Virus record (IMG/VR): IMGVR_UViG_3300020419_000923
Coordinates: 2,703-66,702 of that record
From: a virus
Length of the DNA stretch: 64,000 bases
Direction: 5' to 3' (one strand)
Both the position numbers and the translations under genes were made by a program. The notes below the pieces were generated by a model, which was not told where the DNA came from, did no database searches, and saw only the letters and a program-made list of their open reading frames with translations. Below are positions 58,276-64,000 of this stretch, piece by piece (position 1 is the stretch's first letter; every line of letters begins with the position of its first letter).

Positions 58276-58391
58276 TGGGAACATTTACTTTAGCAAGTGG
58301 TCTTGGACTTTTATTCTGCGGTATAGTAGCTATGGCTGTAATAGGGTTTACAGGCCTTTGGATAGTTAACAAATTTAAGGACGAAGACTAA
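58275..58391 (+). CDS. 38-aa single-TM peptide, not in the ORF track
   Basis: AGGAG RBS, GTG start; MGTFTLASGLGLLFCGIVAMAVIGFTGLWIVNKFKDED; 1-bp overlaps with both halogenases. Confidence 0.55.
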   Translation: MGTFTLASGLGLLFCGIVAMAVIGFTGLWIVNKFKDED

Positions 58392-59872
58392 TGAAAATAG
58401 TTATAGTAGGAGGCGGAACTGCTGGATGGTTGGCCGCTTTAATGTGTTCAAAAATTAGATCAGAACATTCTGTTACTGTAATAGAAAGTAGCAAAATAGG
58501 TATTATTGGAGCAGGAGAAGGTAGCACAGGCTCTTTAACTAATATCGTACAAAATGAAATGCATAACTTAGGTTGTGTAGAAGAAGAATTTATTAAAGAA
58601 TGCGATGCCACAATAAAATTAGGGATTAAACATATAGGTTGGAATCCTGATACAGTAAGCCATTATTATGGCCCTATAGATGGTTCTCCTACAAGCTATG
58701 ATTCTACTGACTTAGTTTTCCAAAATGCGTTAGGATATAGAGAACAAAAACTTTTACATTTATCTACAGAGTTGGGCTACAAAATTCATCATAATAAAAA
58801 TAGCTTTGTAGAAAATAATGGTAATCATGCTTATCACTTTGACGCACACAAAGTAGGAAAATATTTTAAAAGACTGTGTGACACCGTAAAGCATATTGAT
58901 TCTGAAGTAGATGAAGTAATTTTACATCCTGAAACAGGATATATTAAAGAACTAAGATTAAGTAACGGTAAAACCGAAGCAGGTGATATGTTTATAGATG
59001 CTAGTGGCTTTGGACAAGTGCTTATGAAAGCATTAGGATCCAAATGGAAAAGCTACAAAGATAATTTACCAGTGAATAGTGCGTTACCTTTCCTGTTACC
59101 TTATGATGATAATGAAATAATTGAACCAGTGACAAATGCCTGGGCACAAAAAAACGGTTGGTGCTGGCAAATACCTACATTAAATAGAAGAGGATGTGGT
59201 TATGTGTTTTGTGATGACTTTGTTACACCTGAACAAGCACAAGATGAATTAGAAAAAACTATAGGGAAAAAAGTAGATCCTATTAGGCTTTTAAAGTTTG
59301 AAAGTGGTAGACAAGAAACTTTATGGATCAAAAATTGTTTATCAATAGGACTGTGTGCGGCCTTTGCTGAGCCGCTAGAAGCAACAAGTATACATACAAC
59401 AATATTTCAATTAAAACATTTTGTATACGGTTGTATAGGCAGAGATATGGAGCAGACATGTAATGAAGGACAAGTAAATCATTACAACAATGTCAACGGA
59501 CACTTGTACGATATCTTAAAAGATTTCTTAGTAGCTCATTATACCTGTGGCAGAAACGATACAGATTTTTGGAAGTATATTGACAGCGGAAAAACTACGA
59601 CACCTTTTGTTAGAGACATGCATGAAGTAAGTAAACACCGAGTGCCTAATCAGTCTATGTTTCCTAGACAAGAAGGATCAGCAGGTTGGCCTTTGTGGAG
59701 TTACATATTAGCAGGTACTGGTAAGCTGACTGACGAAACTTGTAGAAAAGATTTAATGTACAATAATTCTACGTTGCTATCTGATAAAGCGTATGTACAA
59801 CATATAGAAGAATTTGATTTGAAGACAAAAGATTTGCCAGATAACACAAAGTATATAAAGGATCATCAGTGA
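58391..59872 (+). CDS. Tryptophan halogenase-like flavoprotein, second copy
   Basis: VGGGTAGW, IGAGEGS, ATIKLGI, GWCWQIP, FAEPLEATSI. Confidence 0.88.
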   Translation: MKIVIVGGGTAGWLAALMCSKIRSEHSVTVIESSKIGIIGAGEGSTGSLTNIVQNEMHNLGCVEEEFIKECDATIKLGIKHIGWNPDTVSHYYGPIDGSPTSYDSTDLVFQNALGYREQKLLHLSTELGYKIHHNKNSFVENNGNHAYHFDAHKVGKYFKRLCDTVKHIDSEVDEVILHPETGYIKELRLSNGKTEAGDMFIDASGFGQVLMKALGSKWKSYKDNLPVNSALPFLLPYDDNEIIEPVTNAWAQKNGWCWQIPTLNRRGCGYVFCDDFVTPEQAQDELEKTIGKKVDPIRLLKFESGRQETLWIKNCLSIGLCAAFAEPLEATSIHTTIFQLKHFVYGCIGRDMEQTCNEGQVNHYNNVNGHLYDILKDFLVAHYTCGRNDTDFWKYIDSGKTTTPFVRDMHEVSKHRVPNQSMFPRQEGSAGWPLWSYILAGTGKLTDETCRKDLMYNNSTLLSDKAYVQHIEEFDLKTKDLPDNTKYIKDHQ

Positions 59873-61119
59873 TATTAGTTTACGGTGATATCATGCTAGA
59901 CCGATGGATAGTTGGTAATGCTGACAGAATAAGTCCCGAAGCTCCAGTGCCAGTACTACTAGAAGAATCACAACATTTTAGTATAGGAGGAGCAGGCAAT
60001 TTGGCTCTTAATATTCAATCTATCAATGGACAGGTTAAGCTATTTGGTAGTGTTGGACAAGATAAAGAAGGCTATAAATTAATAGAAATGATAGGCGATA
60101 CAGATTTACAATCTCGATTAGCTAAAGATCATTTAGTTACTACAACCAAAACTAGACTTGTCGGTCAAAACGGACAACACATAGTACGTTGGGATAATGA
60201 ACAAAAATACAATGGAACAAACGCATATGAAGAACTATTAGCAGAAGCTACAGTACATACATTAATCTGTATAAGTGATTACAACAAAGGAATTGTACAG
60301 AAAAATACAGTATCTGAACTTGTCTCAAAAGGTTGTAAAGTGATAGTAGATCCTAAACAAGATCCACATACATATACTGGTGCGTTTTTAGTAAAACCCA
60401 ATATGAAAGAATATGTTGCTTGGTTTGGAGAATTTACAATTGAATCTGCTTTAAAAAATATGCGAGAATATAAATGGAATTGGTTAGTAGTTACAGATGG
60501 TGCTAACGGAATACACGTAATTAATACAGAAGGTGAATACAAACATTTTGTTGAACCTGTAAAAGAAGTTGCTGATGTTACAGGAGCAGGAGATACAGTT
60601 TTATCAGTAATTGCTTATGGAATTGAACACGGATTAAACATATTTGAATCTTGTAAACTTGCTTGTTTTGCCGCGGCTAGGATAGTAGAAAAACGCGGAG
60701 TAGCAGTGATTACACCAAAAGATTTGAGTACCGGAATAGTTTTTACAAACGGTGTTTTTGATATATTACATGTAGGACATTTAAAATTATTACGATATGC
60801 CAAAACTTTAGGAAGTAAATTAGTAGTTGGCATAAACAGTGATGTAAGTGTAAAAAGAATTAAGGGTGATACTCGACCAATAAACAACGAATTTGTTAGA
60901 AAACAAGCACTAGAAGAACTTGGATTCATTGATGAAGTTGTTATTTTTAATGAAGATACACCTTTAGAAACTATGGAGAAAGTACAGCCTGATATAATTG
61001 TCAAAGGTGGTGATTATATTCCAGAAACTGTTGTTGGAAATCATTTAGCTGAGGTTATAATATTCCCTACAATAGAAGGACATAGTACAACAAATATAAT
61101 AGGAAAAATGAAACAATGA
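59869..61119 (+). CDS. hldE: Bifunctional heptose kinase / adenylyltransferase
   Basis: GDIMLD, RISPEAPVP, GGAGN, SDYNKG, DVTGAGD; FTNGVFDILHVGH, KGGDY, GHSTT. Confidence 0.92.
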   Translation: MILVYGDIMLDRWIVGNADRISPEAPVPVLLEESQHFSIGGAGNLALNIQSINGQVKLFGSVGQDKEGYKLIEMIGDTDLQSRLAKDHLVTTTKTRLVGQNGQHIVRWDNEQKYNGTNAYEELLAEATVHTLICISDYNKGIVQKNTVSELVSKGCKVIVDPKQDPHTYTGAFLVKPNMKEYVAWFGEFTIESALKNMREYKWNWLVVTDGANGIHVINTEGEYKHFVEPVKEVADVTGAGDTVLSVIAYGIEHGLNIFESCKLACFAAARIVEKRGVAVITPKDLSTGIVFTNGVFDILHVGHLKLLRYAKTLGSKLVVGINSDVSVKRIKGDTRPINNEFVRKQALEELGFIDEVVIFNEDTPLETMEKVQPDIIVKGGDYIPETVVGNHLAEVIIFPTIEGHSTTNIIGKMKQ

Positions 61120-61964
61120 AAGTATTAGTCACAGGACATAAAGGTTTTATAGGAAGCCACATGGCACAATACCTTGTACATAAAGGGCATGAAGTAGAAG
61201 GATGGGACTGGGTAGAAAATGTTGTTCCTACAGTAGAACCATATGATTGGGTTATACATTGTGGAGCAATTTCGGACACAACAGAAAGAGATGTTGACAA
61301 AGTATGGAAACATAATTATGAATTTACGTTAAGACTTTTACAAATATGCGATCATTATGGAACAAACATACAACTTGCTAGTACAGCCGCAATATATGGA
61401 CCTTTGAAGAAAGAAATGTTTAATGAAACTGACCCTGTATATCCACAAACTCCTTATGCTTGGAGCAAGTACCTAGTAGATAAATTTTTATTAGATAATG
61501 ATCCTAATGAATTCAAAATGAACGTGCAGTCTTTTAGATACTTTAATGTTTATGGTCCTGGAGAAGGACATAAAAAAGATCAACAAAGTATGGTAAGCAA
61601 GTTTCAAGAACAAGCTTCATTAACTAATAAAATAAAGTTATTTAAGGACAGTCATTTATATAAAAGAGACCTAGTATCTGTGTATGACATTATTAAAATA
61701 CATGAGGAAATGATGGCACAGGATGTAAGTGGTATCTTTAACTTAGGTACTGGCAAACCTGTAGACATTGAAACTGTTGCTAAACTGGTTGCTAAATTAC
61801 ATAAAGCAGAAATAGAATATATAGATATGCCAGATCACCTAAAGGGACAGTATCAGGAATACACCTGTGCTGATAATTCCAAGATACATAATACTATACC
61901 AATAAGACATTGGATTACTATACAAGAATACCTAAAGGATATTGTACATGACACAGAGACTTGA
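61116..61964 (+). CDS. hldD: ADP-L-glycero-D-manno-heptose 6-epimerase-like SDR
   Basis: VTGHKGFIG, HCGAISDTTE, YAWSK, RYFNVYGPGE.HK, YQEYTCAD. Confidence 0.85.
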   Translation: MKVLVTGHKGFIGSHMAQYLVHKGHEVEGWDWVENVVPTVEPYDWVIHCGAISDTTERDVDKVWKHNYEFTLRLLQICDHYGTNIQLASTAAIYGPLKKEMFNETDPVYPQTPYAWSKYLVDKFLLDNDPNEFKMNVQSFRYFNVYGPGEGHKKDQQSMVSKFQEQASLTNKIKLFKDSHLYKRDLVSVYDIIKIHEEMMAQDVSGIFNLGTGKPVDIETVAKLVAKLHKAEIEYIDMPDHLKGQYQEYTCADNSKIHNTIPIRHWITIQEYLKDIVHDTET

Positions 61965-62352
61965 AGGCAGAGTTGAAAAAGGTTGGGGCTATGAATTGAT
62001 ATGGGCCACAAATGAAAAATACTGTGGCAAAATTATGGTATTTGAAAAACTAGGAGCCAAGTTTTCAATGCACTTTCATAAAGAAAAAGATGAATCATGG
62101 TTTGTTAATTCAGGCAGGTTTTTGCTAAGATGGATAGATACTAATACTGCTAAACTTCACGAACAAGAATTAAAGCCAGGCGACACATGGAGAAACCCAC
62201 CGTTACAACCTCATCAATTAGTTTGTATGGAAAAGGGTAGTTCTATTACTGAAGTAAGTACTGCTGACTCAGTAGAAGATAATTACAGAGTATTTCCAGG
62301 TGATAGCCAAAGCGATAAGCCTGAGCCTACGCCTGAGCCTCTCCCCACTTAA
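61942..62352 (+). CDS. Cupin protein (putative sugar-phosphate isomerase)
   Basis: VEKGWGYELIW, FSMHFH.EKDE, PHQL, EVST; follows hldE-hldD. Confidence 0.7.
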   Translation: MYMTQRLEGRVEKGWGYELIWATNEKYCGKIMVFEKLGAKFSMHFHKEKDESWFVNSGRFLLRWIDTNTAKLHEQELKPGDTWRNPPLQPHQLVCMEKGSSITEVSTADSVEDNYRVFPGDSQSDKPEPTPEPLPT

Positions 62353-64000
62353 TAATTAAATTCGCTGTAGTTGCGGCGCCAGTTGTTTTATAGATATTAA
62401 TTGCTAACACATCCGGTCCATTCGGGAAAGTACCTCTACCACCTAATGTAGTATTTGTAAGTTCTTTCAACAACATAAGATCAAGTGTTGATCTTTCACC
62501 TGGTGTAGCAATAAATGAAAATACTGTTTCACCTGGCTGTGCGTAAGGTGGTTGCTGGAACGTAAAGTTATATAAGTCTCCTGGCTGGAGTGTTCCGTTG
62601 AATGCGTTGTTAAACGACACTCTATAATATTCAATTCCGCCACTTCCTTGATTACCAAATAACAACGGACCTTCTACGTTTGATACATATGATCCTGATG
62701 GCATAGTAATATCACTTTGGTCAGTTGGGGCGCCACCTGAGTTACCAATCTCAGTACCTGATTTGGCTCCACCTGCGTCCCATGCTGTTTTTAAGAACAA
62801 TGCTTGTGTGCTGTTAACAACATCTCCACCTTTTTCAAATGTCTGTGTTGCCGAGTTACTTGAGTTTGAATTTGAATTCTGTGAGAAGTAAACTAGATAT
62901 CTTCCGTAAATACTTTGGTCAACAACCTGTTGAATTGAAGTTCCTGCTGGGAAGTATTCATTACCTCCTCCGTCTGCGTTTACAATGTCACCAACCGATA
63001 AGTTAGCCGCTTCCCAACTATCTGAAGTAAAGTAAGCGTAACTTCTATTTGTTCTAAATGACCACCATGGCATCAATGTAGCTGTAGTTGTAACCTTATT
63101 CATCACAGCAACTTGTGTGTAGGTAGCTGTATCACCTGAGTTCCAGTTAACTGAAGCACCTGATGCTACCTGAGCAAAACTTGGCTGTCCACCTTGTGCT
63201 AGGCCTGACAATCCAGTCCAACCAATATCATTTGGGTTGACAGGATAGTTCTGTGGATTTAGGATACCTTCAACAACAATACCACCTGTAATAACATTAG
63301 CATTGTTAGTTGGATCAACTCCATCTGAAGTCAACTCTAAACCTTGCATTAATAACTGAGCTCTGTTAAGTAGTTCTCTATCTCCTAGGTCACCAACGAT
63401 AGCATTAGATACACTAGGTGCTAGTCTAATTAAAAACGCTGTACCTCTTGTAGTAGTAACATTGATTCCTGCTTCTGTATATGAGAAGATATATCCTCTA
63501 TCTTCGTCAAAATTACCATCTGTAACAAACGCTGAACCCCAGTGTGATATAAGCGGAGTAATTGTATTACTGATTAATATAACACCTGTTCTAGCTGTGT
63601 GATCGTCTGGTGTTCCTGCTGAATACTGTCTAGTAGCACCTGCTTGGAAATTTTGTAGCGTAGTACCTCTTGTACAGTTAGTTAATGATTTTGTTGTATG
63701 ATCAATAGTTGTGTAACTAATTAATTCGTTATCAATGTATACAGTACCTGAACTTGGAAAGAATTTTGACTCAACCAAAGGTATAGTAGTAACTGAAGGA
63801 TTAATATCTGCCGCAAGTGATGTCATAGATCCTTCATTGGTTACTTCATAACGAACAGGTAAGTTACCTGATCTCATAAATGCTTCTGTGTTTACGTTTG
63901 AATTACGCATTCTGTGACAGAACACAAAGTTACCATCAGCACCTCTAACCATCCAGTCAATGAAACCAGCACCATACCAACTGTATTGGATACCAATCAT
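62327..64000 (-). CDS. Large virion structural protein (tail fibre/baseplate-like), 5' part outside the window
   Basis: Open to the window edge; YSWYGAG, LPVRYEV, IDNELISYT..RG, SHWGS; Thr/Gly/Asn-rich. Confidence 0.6.
   Translation of the reverse strand: MIGIQYSWYGAGFIDWMVRGADGNFVFCHRMRNSNVNTEAFMRSGNLPVRYEVTNEGSMTSLAADINPSVTTIPLVESKFFPSSGTVYIDNELISYTTIDHTTKSLTNCTRGTTLQNFQAGATRQYSAGTPDDHTARTGVILISNTITPLISHWGSAFVTDGNFDEDRGYIFSYTEAGINVTTTRGTAFLIRLAPSVSNAIVGDLGDRELLNRAQLLMQGLELTSDGVDPTNNANVITGGIVVEGILNPQNYPVNPNDIGWTGLSGLAQGGQPSFAQVASGASVNWNSGDTATYTQVAVMNKVTTTATLMPWWSFRTNRSYAYFTSDSWEAANLSVGDIVNADGGGNEYFPAGTSIQQVVDQSIYGRYLVYFSQNSNSNSSNSATQTFEKGGDVVNSTQALFLKTAWDAGGAKSGTEIGNSGGAPTDQSDITMPSGSYVSNVEGPLLFGNQGSGGIEYYRVSFNNAFNGTLQPGDLYNFTFQQPPYAQPGETVFSFIATPGERSTLDLMLLKELTNTTLGGRGTFPNGPDVLAINIYKTTGAATTANLIIKWGEAQA

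Noticed and set aside
62319-62340. 10-bp direct repeat GCCTGAGCCT at the convergent gene overlap
   Set aside because: Only two copies, encoding a PEPTPEP tail; no sign of an att site or array
1-64000. tRNA, rRNA, CRISPR array, integrase or transposase
   Set aside because: Intergenic gaps are short; no cloverleaf, spaced repeat or recombinase motif was seen by eye

Overview
AT-rich (roughly one-third GC by eye), densely coding segment of a large T4-like myovirus genome, probably a marine phage of an alphaproteobacterium (host is an inference). Left to right: the end of a heme oxygenase; a BtuB-like TonB-dependent receptor plus a DUF6580-type membrane protein under their own sigma70 promoter; an accessory block (two nitrilase-family hydrolases, a thioesterase, a paralog pair); replication genes (PHP-less DnaE, a separate 196-aa mini-DnaE, gp41 helicase, primase, UvsW/X/Y, gp32); peptide deformylase; kdsA/kdsB; a ~12.5 kb glycosyl-/methyltransferase island; head/packaging genes (gp17, gp4); tail and neck genes (gp19, gp18, gp13-15); two tryptophan-halogenase-like genes; hldE/hldD; and a partial large structural gene. 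No tRNA, CRISPR array or intein was recognised. Most notable: a putative Kdo + heptose glycan pathway with four KpsC/KpsS-like paralogs, a candidate B12-uptake cassette with no room for a riboswitch, two DnaE-derived genes, apparent GCWGC avoidance, leaderless promoters, an AGGC(A/T) motif in replication-gene leaders, and an unannotated zf-CHCC (NDUFS6-like) microprotein. All family calls are by-eye motif recognition, not database searches.
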